A stretch of 64,000 nt of DNA from Macrostomum lignano (taxonomy: Eukaryota), in the NCBI GenBank assembly GCA_002269645.1, contig NIVC01000215.1, forward strand, positions 558,001-622,000, written 5' to 3'. Under the pieces are notes generated by a model that was given only the letters and a program-made list of their open reading frames with translations, was not told the DNA's origin and ran no database searches. A program made the translations under genes and the position numbers. Shown here piece after piece: positions 23,362-35,234 of the stretch. Numbering within the stretch: the stretch's first letter is position 1; the number at the start of each line of letters is the position of its first letter.

Positions 23362-26300
23362 CTGGCGACGACGGCTGGTCTTATCGAGCCTCTGGAGACA
23401 GAAGCCCCAGCGGAAATTGAGCGCTGGTTCCAACGCTTCGAAGCAGTTTCCAAGCTGAACAAGTGGGATGACACCGCTCAGAAGTTCGCCCTCATCGCAC
23501 ACCTCGGCAAGAAGGCCTTCGCACTGTTGGCGGATGCGCTATTGCCAGATAAGCCTGACGCCAAGACCTACGCTGATCTGAAAACTCAGCTGATCAAGGA
23601 GACGAAAGCGGCGAAATCCGAGATTGCATACCGGTACGCGTTCCATCACCTCAAGCAGGACGACGGCGAAGACGTTTCTGCCTACGCAAGAAGGCTGCGA
23701 CTGGGTTCGGAGAACTGCGGCTTTTCAATCGCCGAACTGAATGACCGCCTGCGGGACCAATTTATCTTTGGATTGTCGAACAAGGAGATCGTCAGAAAGT
23801 TGCTCACGGAGAAACTGAAAGATCTGACGTGGGAAAAAGTAACTACGGTGGCCAATGCATGCGAGGCCGTAAGTCGCGGCGAGAGACAAATCTCAGGAGG
23901 CGAAATTCTACATGTCAAGTCAGATCCTCCTTCGACATCGAAAGCCCACAAGCCAGCGTATCAGAAAAGCGACCAGAAGAACGGCCAATTGCGCCAAGTC
24001 AAGTGCTTCTGCTGCGGCAAGGAAGGACATACAAAGGACCAGTGCCACCACCGGACTAAGACATGCCTTCAGTGTGGTAAGGTTGGTCATCTCAAAGCAG
24101 TTTGCAGGTGCGGACCTAACAAAGGTGGACAACGGCCTTCAACGAGCAACAAATGGTCACAAGGAGGCGGACGGCATCCAAGGAGCAGAGTCAGAGCAAT
24201 CGACGATGCAGCTGATCAAGTCGGGTACATTTTCTCGACGATGACGCCGGAAGATGGTCGTGGAAGCAGAAGGATAACGCGACATGTAGTAGTCAATGGT
24301 ACGAAAATCAAGATGCTACTGGACACCGGGTCGTGCTCAACGTTCGTGTCAAGCTCGGTGTTTCAAAGCCTACTCGAACCAGCAAATGTAAGGCCCACAA
24401 GCAGACGATTCGCTGCGTATCAAGGGGATCCAGTGCTAGTGAAAGGCGAAGCTATTGTGAACGCCAAGCTAAACTCAGTAAGTTCCGACCTAACTCTGTT
24501 TGTGGTGGACAACCCAAAAGCCGAATCTATCTATGGCCTAGATTGGATTGCTGTCCTTGAGCCAGAACTCTACAATTTTATTACAAAATGTACGGTGCCT
24601 AAGGAAGACGGCTCGAATCCTACAACGGCATGCTCTGTAAAAAGATTTTCTGTATCATTGGCCATTGAGGCGGGAGCAAAGCCCATCTTTTTTAAACCTC
24701 GGCAAATTCCATACGGGATTCAGGACGATGTCAAGGCCGAGTTGAAGAGAATGGAAGAGGCTGGACAGCTCCAGAAGGTGGAATCCAGCGAGTGGGCTAC
24801 ACCCATTGTCTGTGTTCGAAAGCAGTCTGGAAAGGTTCGGATTTGTGGTGACTACAAGGTTATCCTCAACCCACTGCTGAAAGACATGGTGTCAACAACG
24901 CCCACAATTGACGAAGTTCTGTCAAAACTAGGCCGTGCCCGCCGATTCTCTACGTTGGACCTATCAAATGCGTACCTCCAAGTACCGGTGGATGAAGACA
25001 GCAGCGTGATGCTGACGTGGAGCACTCCGTTCGGCTTATACAGGCCCACTGCATTGGCATATGGAGTAAAGCAAGCACCAGCAATTTTTCAGTCATTCAT
25101 GGACAGGTTGCTTCTAAACATAGAAGGTGTCATTTCCTACCAAGATGACATTCTTGTGTGGGGTTTCAACCAACAGAGTCATGACAACAGACTGTCCAAT
25201 GTGCTTCGAATTTTAAAGGAGAGTGGACTGAGCATTAACGAGGAGAAATGCACTTTTAACAAGCCATCTATCATGTTCCTGGGATATGAGATCAGTGAAA
25301 ACGGCATTCGTCCACCACCAAAGAAAGCCAAGGAGATTGCAGGATTAGAAGAGCCAAAGAATCTCAAGCAGCTGCAGTCATTTATCGGGATGGTCGATTT
25401 CTACGGACGGTGTATCAAGAATCTCGCGAGCCTGAAAGAACCTCTAACGAAACTGACCAGGTCAGGAACGAAGTGGGCATGGGGCCCAATCGAGCAGAGA
25501 GCCTTTCAGAGCATCAAGGACGAACTACACAATGCAGTCGCTCTCAAGCCTTTTGATCCATCAGATAAGATCGTTCTCACTACTGACGCGTCACCATCGG
25601 GACTTGGTGCAGTCCTCGAGCAGTCGTCCGGGCCCGTAATATTCATTTCAAAGACTCTAACTCAAGCAGAGCGCAACTATGCTCAAATTGAACGCGAGGC
25701 CCTCGCCATTGTATGGGCTGTGAAGCGCTTACACAAGTATTTACTGGGACACAAGTTCGTCATTCGCACAGACCACCAACCGTTAAAGTTCATCTTTGAT
25801 CCTGGCAGATCCTTGTCAACTGTTGCTGCAGCGAGAGTGCAACGCTGGGCAATCACTTTGATGAGCTACGAATACGCCATTGAGTGCAAGAGATCTGCTG
25901 AGATTCCCGTGGCCGATGCCCTGTCAAGACTGCAGAACAGCACGTCTGAAGGAGAGCAGTTTGACATTAGCTCAGTGCAGGACTGCCTACTAGATTTTCC
26001 AATCAACAAGGAGCGTTTGAGAAGACAATCGAAAGAGGATTCAGAGCTCCGGAAGTTATTCGCTCAAGTCAAGTTTGGCTGGAATGCAGAAGGACTTCGA
26101 GAACTACAACAGTTTAGCCGATTCAGGGACGAGTTAGTCATTGAGAATGGATTGCTGTACAGAGGTATTCGGCTGGTTGTACCAAAGCAGGAGCGTTCTG
26201 CAACTTTGCGATTGCTGCACGAAGGACACATCGGACCAGAAAAGATGAAATCCATAGCTAGACAATGCGTCTGGTGGCCTGAAGTAGATCGAGACATCGG

Positions 26301-26703
26301 AAAGTATGCGAAAGGATGTAGTTCGTGCCAGGAAAACAAGGATCATGGGGCCACCCGACAATGGACTTCGTGGCCGGATGAGACCGAATGCTGGTCAAGA
26401 GTTCACATGGACTACGCAGGGCCTATGAAGGGAGGAAACTACATGTTGGTACTGATTGATGCATTTAGTAAATGGGCTGAAGTTCACGTGACTAAGGGAA
26501 CCACTTCATCTGAGACAATCAAGCGACTGCGAAGAACGTTCGCCCAAGAAGGCGTGCCCGTGACTATTGTTTCCGACAATGGACCTCAATTTGTATCGAA
26601 AGAAATGCAAGGTTGGTTAAAAGGAATTAACTGCCGACATGTTCTCACACCACCGTATCATCCAAGGTCAAATGGACTGGCCGCGTCACGTCCGAGCCGC
26701 TGA
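23362..26703 (+). CDS. gypsy gag-pol (gag, 2 CCHC knuckles, protease, RT, RNase H, integrase N-part); frame open from CTG 23362, frameshifted at ~26683
   Basis: CFCCGKEGHTKDQC, CLQCGKVGHLKAVC, LLDTGS, YQDD, TDASPSGLGAVL, HEGH..CSSC, HMDY, SDNGPQF; domain order PR-RT-RH-IN. Confidence 0.92.
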   Translation: MATTAGLIEPLETEAPAEIERWFQRFEAVSKLNKWDDTAQKFALIAHLGKKAFALLADALLPDKPDAKTYADLKTQLIKETKAAKSEIAYRYAFHHLKQDDGEDVSAYARRLRLGSENCGFSIAELNDRLRDQFIFGLSNKEIVRKLLTEKLKDLTWEKVTTVANACEAVSRGERQISGGEILHVKSDPPSTSKAHKPAYQKSDQKNGQLRQVKCFCCGKEGHTKDQCHHRTKTCLQCGKVGHLKAVCRCGPNKGGQRPSTSNKWSQGGGRHPRSRVRAIDDAADQVGYIFSTMTPEDGRGSRRITRHVVVNGTKIKMLLDTGSCSTFVSSSVFQSLLEPANVRPTSRRFAAYQGDPVLVKGEAIVNAKLNSVSSDLTLFVVDNPKAESIYGLDWIAVLEPELYNFITKCTVPKEDGSNPTTACSVKRFSVSLAIEAGAKPIFFKPRQIPYGIQDDVKAELKRMEEAGQLQKVESSEWATPIVCVRKQSGKVRICGDYKVILNPLLKDMVSTTPTIDEVLSKLGRARRFSTLDLSNAYLQVPVDEDSSVMLTWSTPFGLYRPTALAYGVKQAPAIFQSFMDRLLLNIEGVISYQDDILVWGFNQQSHDNRLSNVLRILKESGLSINEEKCTFNKPSIMFLGYEISENGIRPPPKKAKEIAGLEEPKNLKQLQSFIGMVDFYGRCIKNLASLKEPLTKLTRSGTKWAWGPIEQRAFQSIKDELHNAVALKPFDPSDKIVLTTDASPSGLGAVLEQSSGPVIFISKTLTQAERNYAQIEREALAIVWAVKRLHKYLLGHKFVIRTDHQPLKFIFDPGRSLSTVAAARVQRWAITLMSYEYAIECKRSAEIPVADALSRLQNSTSEGEQFDISSVQDCLLDFPINKERLRRQSKEDSELRKLFAQVKFGWNAEGLRELQQFSRFRDELVIENGLLYRGIRLVVPKQERSATLRLLHEGHIGPEKMKSIARQCVWWPEVDRDIGKYAKGCSSCQENKDHGATRQWTSWPDETECWSRVHMDYAGPMKGGNYMLVLIDAFSKWAEVHVTKGTTSSETIKRLRRTFAQEGVPVTIVSDNGPQFVSKEMQGWLKGINCRHVLTPPYHPRSNGLAASRPSR

Positions 26704-27127
26704 AGAAGACGACCTTCAGAGTTGCGTCGACCGGTTTCTGCTTCAATACCGGAACGCGAAACATTCTACGACCGGAAAATCGCCCTCTGAGCTGATGAGA
26801 GGTCACCTACTTCGCACCCCTGCATTTTCTCTGGCACGTGAGCCAGTCTGGGTGAAAACCTACAACAACGAGATGACAAAGTGGAAGTCTGGCGAAGTGG
26901 TGGCAACAGAGGGAAAGGTTGTGGTCGACGTTGAGCTGGAGGACGGAAGGCGTGGACGCTACCACCGTGAACAGACAAAGCCAAGGAGTTCCGGTTCCAA
27001 TGACCTGGTGGAGATGGAGACTGAAGAACATGTGCACACGGATCAAGAGTCTGGTCTTCGGAGAAGTAATCGCCATCGGCAAGTACCAAGGCGACTTGAG
27101 TACCGCAAGCTTGGTGTACCTACCTAG
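26684..27127 (+). pseudogene. Integrase C-terminal part in shifted frame
   Basis: FLLQYRNAKHSTTGKSPSELM..VWVK..KWKSGEV typical of the gypsy IN C-terminus. Confidence 0.85.
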
Positions 27128-28574
27128 CTGTTAACTAATGGGAAGGAGTGTTAGCACTGTAATGAACTTTTATTTATTAGAGAATGCACTTTGCTTAGTA
27201 GCCGTCAACGGCTGAGAATCCTATTGATGTCTATGGACGTTTGTACAGTTCAATTCGGTGGCTTAAAGAGTTGCCAAAATATAATTGAAAAGACCAAGCG
27301 TCTGCAGAGTTAAGCTAAAGGCTGAGACTCGATCAATTTTCTTACTCGTCCCAAAAAACGAACAATTTTCGACTTTTCCGGACGAAAATGAATTTTTATC
27401 CGGTTTTGATCCGGCAGTTCTTACCGGACTAACAAACGAAGGAAACTCCGGAGCAAAACCGGATTAAAGTGTTTTTATTGATTACATTTTATCCGGATTG
27501 TGTCCGATTCCTGCTCCGGTCGATCAGCGGATGAAAACCGGACTGCCAACCGGAATAAGAAGCGGATGAAAGTCGGATGAATCATAGCTTTCTACCCGGA
27601 GTTGCTCCGGTTTTTTATCCGGCTGTGAATCCAGCTTACAGTGATAAAATCCCGGATAGTGAAACGGACAAAATCCAGATGAGGAAGTTTACTTGAAGTG
27701 AAGTTCATGTGTTTTAAAATTTAATATACCCGGGGAAAAATAAACCCTTCTTTATGCCATTTCTGTCCCCTTTCATGTCAATTTTCAGCGCACAAGGCTC
27801 AAAAACGGACCGGGAGAAGCAAAACGCGGACTGCGGCTCAAATACCACGGAAAAGACTGCCGAGTGGACATGTTGCCTTTCGTTTACTTCTGTACCCGAA
27901 TCTATTAACCAGATGCCTCCGGGCATCATGTTGACAGTAAAATTTGTTGATCATAGCATTTCTATTTATTGTACTGTTTACAATACCCGTTGGAAATATA
28001 TATATTTTTATACATGTGCATTTGCGTAAACTGTGCACGGATTACTACTAAAAAGTGTTATTTTCTTTCATAAATAGGACAACTTTAGATTACATCATAC
28101 AATTGAAGCAGTCGACAGGGTCTATCTATCTATCTGTCTCATCAGATGAAGACCTACTTGATTGATCCCGTGATGAAGGTCACTATAATTCCCTAGTTTC
28201 CTTTTGACTACCCTAAGTGCATTTTTGAGCAGGAGTTGATGTTCGCTTCATACCCTACTACGTTTCTTTCAAAATTTTTGTGCCAGTGTATGTAGGGCCT
28301 TCTTCGATCTATTTTTCCTACATTTCGTTCAGGTTGACTTCGATCGCTGACTCAGACTTCGACTTTGACTTGACAGCTGATGCGTATAGTACTTGTTGTG
28401 TTACCGCACGTCCTTTCGTATAGAAATAGAAATTCGGATAGGAATCGTAGAGCACACATCTACGTTGTTAGCTTTATGTAAAAGGATAGTTAAGCCGTAT
28501 ATGGCTGAACTATCCCTTATCATATTTTCTTGGCACACTAAGTTACTGCGGTAAAAAATTTCCAGCGCATTCCA

Positions 28575-31277
28575 ATGGATGGCGATGACATCAACAGCGG
28601 GCATCGCGAGTACATGCGATAGTACATGCGCAAACGCAGAGCAGCTGCCCGAGGAGGACGTGGCTCGAGGACAGATTGCAGTTCACGATCTCCGGTACGT
28701 CCCAGCAGTGTTGGATCCCGGTCGGCCAACCCTGCCGAGGGCGCCACGTCAGTTGATGACGAATCGGCTGTATCGCAGCAGGCCGAGTCTGATGACGAAG
28801 CTGCTGCATCGCAGCGGGCCGAGTCTGATGACGATCGCCAAGGTCATCTAGCCGACAATGGCAGTGGTAAGACGCATTGTTGGACTGTTTAGCAGATGCA
28901 GAATTCAGCGCACAAACTAATTGGTCAATTGACCACGGTCAATCGGTGGACTATTAATCATGCATTTGCATTGCGCCGTTAATCATTCACTTGCACTTCT
29001 CTTTTATACACAGATGATAAAGGCGAGCAGCAGCGTCAGCTCAACGACCGCTTTTTTGAAGAGTTGCATCCAGGGGACTTTCGCGTACTCTAGGCGCTGC
29101 TCTTTTTGAGATAAATTCATGCGCTGAGGATTTGAAACTGTCGCACAGTCAGTTCTCAAGGCTGCTACAGATGGTGCATCGCCTCATACCGAACACCAAG
29201 CTACCTAAAACTGGACGAGCTGCACAGGAAGCTGTTAAGACGGCACGGTCATTCTATGGCACAACGCACTGCTCAACTGTGTGTAACACCTGTTACCGAA
29301 ATTCTCCCGGACAGTGCAACACTTCGACTGACACGTGTGTCCATTGCGGCTCGACGAGCGTCGCAAACTTCTGGCATTACGACGTACCTAAGCAGCTCAA
29401 GGCGCTCCTTGACTACGCTAGACCACGTCGTGTTTCCAGCCAACAGTGTCCCTGATCCCGCAGTCGTTCAGTTACGCACAAGCGTATTGTACCAAGAATT
29501 CGTGGATTGCATTGACCCGGAAAGTCGAAGTGATCTATCCGGAATTCTGTGCTGCGACAGCTTCCCACTGAAAATGACTAGTAACGCCAAAGTGTGCCCC
29601 TTTTACCTGTCAATCGTTGAGGTGCATGACCGCTACAAGCTGGCGTTCGTTATCAAACTGGGACTCTGGGGCGATGCAACAAAGGTGCATTCCAATGCAA
29701 GTCTGCCCATAGTAGTAGATGGGCTGAACGACCTGCGCACGAACGGAGTCGAATACGTCGATCGGCTTGGCAATTGGAAATGTCTTCGGATTCACGTTCT
29801 TTTAGCCATATTCGATGCTCCCGCCAGGGCCGACGCTCTGGGCTTTAAGCGCTTCTCTGCGATCTATGGATGCGACAAGTGCTACTTGAGAACGTCGTGT
29901 CATCCATCCGGTCACGGGAGGGTGTATGGCGTGGAATTGACCGACCGAATGCAGAACGATGCGCGGCGTCTTGGATGTCTTCAGACTGTGGTCAGGTCAA
30001 TTCTTGACACGGCCACGCTAGTTGCTCACCAAGAGATGCTTGGAGGCCACGGTAATGTAGACACTCTGGGTGTCCGCGAACGATCTCCGCTTAGCGATCT
30101 GCTCGGTTTCGACTACGTTCGAGCAACTCCCCCTTGCAATCTACATCAGTTGTGCTTAGGGTTAGTTCGCTGGTTATTTTTCCAGCTTTTCCTAGTACGT
30201 CATGAAAAGCTGACAAATTTGCAACGCAGTCCCCCGACCTGCATAGAAAGATCAACGATGTAACAGAGCGAATGCGTTACATTCGTGTTCTGCGGTCGGT
30301 GAAGCGAAATTCCGTACGGCAGCTGAAGGACATCCGGCGCCTCCGTGGCCATGAGCTCGCAATGTGGGCTCTCGCCTATTTTCCGTTGCTACTGGAGGAA
30401 TTCCTACCGGAGAATCACTACAACCACCTACTCCTACTATCGTCGGCAGTCTTCTGGATGACGCTGGAAGGTGCACCAAAGTCCGAGCTCGACCACGTGT
30501 CCCTAAGGCACTTTCACGCAAATTTGTCCCGACTATACGGTTTTCGAGCATTGACATACAATGCCCACCACGTCTGCGCACACATGCTTTCGTATGTGCA
30601 TCTGGCAGGCCCGCTCCAAGCGCAGTCCGCTGGGCTTTTTGAAACTATGCACGTCCGCTTACAACAGCGGGCCCACGGTTCGCGACGCACGGATGTGGAA
30701 GTGGTGCGTGCAGTCGAGCGCGAATTCGCTCTGCTTGAAGCAGAATCAGCTCAAAGGCAACCAACTGGAACCTCACGAGCATGTGGCCCATAGACTCGAG
30801 TGTGTCATCCACAATGGTGTCAAGCTACGCCGCCCTACGGGTTCGACGGACGGGTGGCGGACGGCGTCGTTACCTAGTGGACTACAGTTCAGCGTTATTC
30901 GACCAGCCAAGAACAGTTAAGAGATGTGTTCGGGTGCCTCCTGTCTTGCTGCTACTCGAGGAACCCAGGCGACGCAATCCAGATTCCATCGCATCGAAGC
31001 CATCAGTGTATCCGCCACCACTGTCGTTTTTACACTGCGTGCACTGGTCGTGCGAGAGGATGAAATCGACCCGTTGGAGAAGCTGTGCGCCGTGTCGAAG
31101 GACCACGTACGCCGGGGTTGCCGGTTCTCACACGTCAGGCGACTGCTAGCCGACCCTTTTGGAGCCGCCGAGTATCTTGGCGAGGTAACCTATGCGGCAG
31201 CTATGTTAATTAAGATAATAGACATTAAGATATTAAGATATCTGGTCGTTTTCTTCTCGTTGTGTGAGCATTCTTAA
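28575..31277 (+). pseudogene. Degenerate, intron-containing EnSpm/CACTA-type transposase
   Basis: CNTC..CVHC, CCDSFP, IFDAPARA..GCDKC, CNLHQLCLGLVR, GHELAMW, YNAHH, LQAQSAGLFE motifs; stops and frameshifts; probable intron 28867-29013 (GTAAGA..ACACAG). Confidence 0.8.
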
Positions 31278-31977
31278 AACCGAGCACAAAATCAAGGCAG
31301 CCTTGGCGTTCACCATATTTAGCAGTTTGTTCGTTGCATATCCTGGTCATATGTCGCTCAGTTTGAGCAGTCACCTCTCATAACCCTCTGTTACTAGTTC
31401 TACCTGTCCCAGTCATCGGCCATTTAACCAAAAAGGTACAAAAACCACCTTCGATTTCACCGGCTTTAATAGCTTATTTGTACTGTACGCTAGCTTCTAA
31501 GTGCAATTTGTGCAAAACTCGTTTCTATACAAAGGGGATAATTGTGGCACTTTTGTCTTTTAAGTTTCATATTTTTCATCAATCAGCAACCGTCCGTCGA
31601 AAATTATTTGAAACTAATTAAACTGGCGCTGGCCCAACAATTTTTTTTCAGTGGCATTCGCTAATGTATGCGTCTGGATAAAAGTTATATAGATCGCCTT
31701 ACTGTTTCGATTCAATTCTTTATAATCCTCTGTTTAAATTACCGAAAGCTTTCTACTAGTAAGCTTCTCTAGAGCTCCTCGCTTGTTCACACAGATACGA
31801 GCAGAATCATAGCAGGATCAGCAGCTATAGATAAGGAGCAGGAGCCGTAGCTATAACAGCCGCCACATAGGGCAATTTTTGTGCCAAACCTTTGGAAGCC
31901 GCTGTAAAGGAGCACAAATTAAGACTGAGTAATAAGCATCTAGAATGTCCATTATTATCCGACGACAGTATACAGGT

Positions 31978-32400
31978 ATCCATACATTTCATCTGGTTTT
32001 GATCCGGAAATGGCTCCGGTTTCTCATCCGGCTGTAACATTCATACATTTCATCCGCTTTTGATCCGGAAATGGCTCCGGTTTCTCATCCGGCTGTAACA
32101 TCCATACATTTCATCCGCTTTTGATCCGGAAATGGCTCCGGTTTCTCATCCGGCTGTAACATCCATACATTTCATCCGCTTTTGATCCGGAAATGGCTCC
32201 GGTTTCTCATCCGGCTGTAACATCCATACATTTCATCCGCTTTTGATCCGGAAATGGCTCCGGTTTCTCATCCGGCTGTAACATCCATACATTTCATCCG
32301 CTTTTGATCCGGATATGGCTCCGGTTTCTCATCCGGCTGTAACATCCATACATTTCATCCGGTTTTCTGTAACATGGCTGTAACATTCATACATTTCATC
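31978..32400. repeat. 61-bp tandem repeat (~6.5 copies) in the right subterminal region of the CMC element
   Basis: CATCCATACATTTCATCCGCTTTTGATCCGGAAATGGCTCCGGTTTCTCATCCGGCTGTAA periodicity. Confidence 0.93.
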
Positions 32401-32594
32401 CGGAATTGGCTCCGCTGTCCCATCCGGCTTCCTCTGGATTACTTATCGGGGAATTACCGGACGCACGGCCGGATACCAAACCGGATAAGCGTCATATTTT
32501 CTCCACTTTCATCCGTTTGTAAATTTGCTATTTGTGCCGGATTAAACTCCGGACAACGCATCGGATAAAAGACGGCTAACTTCAGCCAGGCGGG

Positions 32595-33050
32595 ATATAT
32601 AATGACTCCAGAGGCGCTTCTATAGTGACTCTAAGGACACTTCTATAATGACTCTAAGGGCGCTTCTATAATGACTTTAGGAGCGCTTCTATAATGACTC
32701 TAAGGGCGCTTCTATAGTGACTCTAAGGACACTTCTATAATGACTCTAAGGACACTTCTATAATGACTCTAAGGGCGCTTCTATAATGACTCTAAGGGCG
32801 CTTCTATAATGACTCTAAGGGCGCTTCTATAATGACTCTAAGGGCGCTTCTATAATGACTCTAAGGGCGCTTCTATAATGACTCTAAGGGCACTTCTATA
32901 ATGACTCTAAGGGCACTTCTATAATGACTTTAGGAGCGCTTCTATAATGACTCTAAGGGCACTTCTATAATGACTTTAGGAGCGCTTCTATAATGACTCT
33001 AAGGGCGCTTCTATAATGACTCTAAAGAGGGCTTCTATAATGCTACAGAA
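32595..33050. repeat. 23-bp minisatellite (AAGGGCGCTTCTATAATGACTCT)n, PPAT intron 3
   Basis: Direct periodicity. Confidence 0.94.
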
Positions 33051-33220
33051 GCACCCTTAGAGGTGTCGCCTCTCCGTCGCATTACAGTCGTTGAGTCGTT
33101 AGACCTGCTTTAAAATGAACTAACACATACACCATGTAAGATGCAAAAATGAATGAGAAGATACGCATATTTCTACTCATAAGTAGGAGACAAGGAAAAA
33201 ACGACGTATTGATAATTTAC

Positions 33221-33512
33221 CTGCTGACCCTCGAATTGAGAATCCGGCCGAGCAAAGTACACGTACTCAAATATACACATAGCGGGCAAAACCGCGGTAG
33301 ACTCAGGCACCCCGGTTGCATTGGTACTAGAAGAAGCAGACGGTCGGGGTACGATTGCGCAGGTTTCAATAGTACTGGCAGTGCCAGACAATTCAGGCTG
33401 TTGTTGAATCGACAGGCGAACAATTTCGCCTGGTTGAACTTCGCGGAGCAGCCTAGTGCTGGTGGATTGGAATGCGCAACTCTCGGACGACACGGCGTAG
33501 CCGATGACTTCG
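33221..33512 (-). CDS. PPAT: PPAT exon 3
   Basis: [38 protein letters not shown]; TCGCAG acceptor (phase 2), GTAAAT donor (phase 0). Confidence 0.93.
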
Positions 33513-33749
33513 CTGCGATATGAGAGAGTGAAAATTTGGCTTGTGAGTAAATTATAATGCGACTTGTTAAGAGGCAGAAGGGTTGAAGAATGTGCAGAAT
33601 TAGACTGACTTTAGCAGAGGGAACAGAGAGCCGAAAGGAAGAATTTATGGGGAAAAGAGGGGAATGGGAATCTGAGAAGAGAAGGGGAGTAGGAGACTGG
33701 AGAATGGTGTGATAGGAGGGAAAATAAAGGGAAGTGGGATATAGGGAAA

Positions 33750-34355
33750 GAGGGGAAGACAGGGAGAGGGAGACAGGAAGACAGGGAGAGAGGGAGACAG
33801 GGAGACAGGGAGAGAGAGACAGGGAGAGAGGGAGACAGGGAGAGAGGGAGACAGGGAGAGAGGCAGACAGGGAGAGAGGTAGACAGGGAGAGCGGAAGAC
33901 AGGGAGAGAGGGAGACAGGGAGAGAGGGAGACAGGGAGAGCGGAAGACAGGGAGAGCGGAAGACAAGGAGAGAGGAAGACAGGGACAGAGGGAGACAGGG
34001 AGAGAGGGAGACAGGGAGAGAGGGAGACAGGGAGAGAGGGAGACAGGGAGAGAGGCAGACAGGGAGAGAGGGAGACAGGGAGAGCGGAAGACAGGGAGAG
34101 AGGGAGACAGGGAGAGAGGGAGACAGGGAGAGCGGAAGACAGGGAGAGCGGAAGACAAGGAGAGAGGAAGACAGGGACAGAGGGAGACAGGGAGAGAGGG
34201 AGACAGGGAGAGCGGAAGACAAGGAGAGAGGAAGACAGGGACAGAGGGAGACAGGGAGAGAGGGAGAGGCAGACAGGGAGAGGGAGACATGGAGAGAGAG
34301 AGACAGGGAGACAGGGAGAGGGAGACAGGAGAGAGGGAGACAGGGAGACAGGAAG
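33750..34355. repeat. GA-rich 16-bp minisatellite (GAGACAGGGAGAGAGG)n, PPAT intron 2
   Basis: Direct periodicity. Confidence 0.92.
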
Positions 34356-34430
34356 AGGATAGAAGTATGCAAAGCAATAAAACACAAGTACAAATAAAAA
34401 GCAGCTCGCACACAGAAGTAAGCAACTCAC

Positions 34431-34781
34431 TCGCCGCAGAGAATTTCTCCAAGACACAGAGGCCTATTACCGAACGGGTCTCTGACAGCGTAGATAGAAT
34501 CGCCAGTCAGAATCAGCAGGCTATATGACGTGAAGCATTTGGACATGAAATAGGTGATCCGTTCGGTCCAGCACTGGCTAGGAGATCTGGTGCACAGCAT
34601 CTGTGTGATTAACTCGCTATCCGTGTCCGTGCTCAGACCAATACCGGCTTGTAGTATTTCAGATTTTAATCTGTTAGCATTCACCAGTTCGCCATTGTGG
34701 GCTACGGCAAATTGGCCGCAGGTTGTTTCAACAACGAACGGTTGACAGTTGATTGATTCTGAGGCGCCCAGGGTGGAGTAT
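34431..34781 (-). CDS. PPAT: PPAT exon 2
   Basis: RYST..NCQPFVVET..AVAHNGELVNA..TDTDSELI..YSL..IYAVRDPFGNRPLCLG; CCAG acceptor, GTGAGT donor, 351 nt, phase 2/2. Confidence 0.94.
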
Positions 34782-34854
34782 CTGGCGTTTTGGTGGCGGT
34801 GGATGGTACCGATGTATAATATATGCTATACCTTGTTAGTTTGCTGTCTGTTTG

Positions 34855-35180
34855 GTTGAGGGCGATTCTTTGGGGGGCGATTTTTTGAGGGGCGATTCTT
34901 CGAGGGGCGATTAAACGGGTGATAATTTAATTAGGGATGCTTTGAGGGGCGATTCTTTGAGGGGCGATTCCTGAGGAGAAATTCCTTGAGGGGTGATTCT
35001 TGAGGGGCAATTCTTTGAGGGGTGATTTATTGAGGGGCGATACTTTGAGGGGCGATTCTTTGAGGGGCGATTCTTCAAGGAGCGATTTTTAAGGGGCGAT
35101 TCTTTGAGGGGCGATTCTTTGACGGGCGATTCTTTGAGGGGCGATTCTTTGAGCAGATTTCCAGAGCGATTACTGAGCGA
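34855..35180. repeat. 15-bp minisatellite (TCTTTGAGGGGCGAT)n, PPAT intron 1
   Basis: Direct periodicity, partly degenerate. Confidence 0.88.
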
Positions 35181-35234
35181 TTCTAAACAGACTTAACTGC
35201 CTACTGAGTAAGTAGTAAAACACAAGCAACCAAC

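Larger units (their letters stand above)
23146..27364 (+). mobile_element. Full-length Ty3/gypsy LTR retrotransposon (Mag-like)
   Basis: 216-bp TG..CA LTRs (23146-23361, 27149-27364) with 1 mismatch; ATTTT 5-bp TSD; PBS TGGCGACGA at 23363; PPT GGGAAGGAG before the 3' LTR. Confidence 0.97.
23085..32594 (+). mobile_element. CMC/EnSpm (CACTA-superfamily) DNA transposon, CCC-terminal, interrupted by a gypsy element
   Basis: 12-bp TIRs CCCGCCTGGCTG / CAGCCAGGCGGG; CCGG-rich subterminal repeats at both ends; flanks TTA/ATA (3-bp TSD with one mismatch); internal transposase remnant. Confidence 0.82.

Noticed and set aside
23682-27134. Short antisense and alternate-frame ORFs within the gypsy element
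   Set aside because: Shadows of the gag-pol frame with no independent signals
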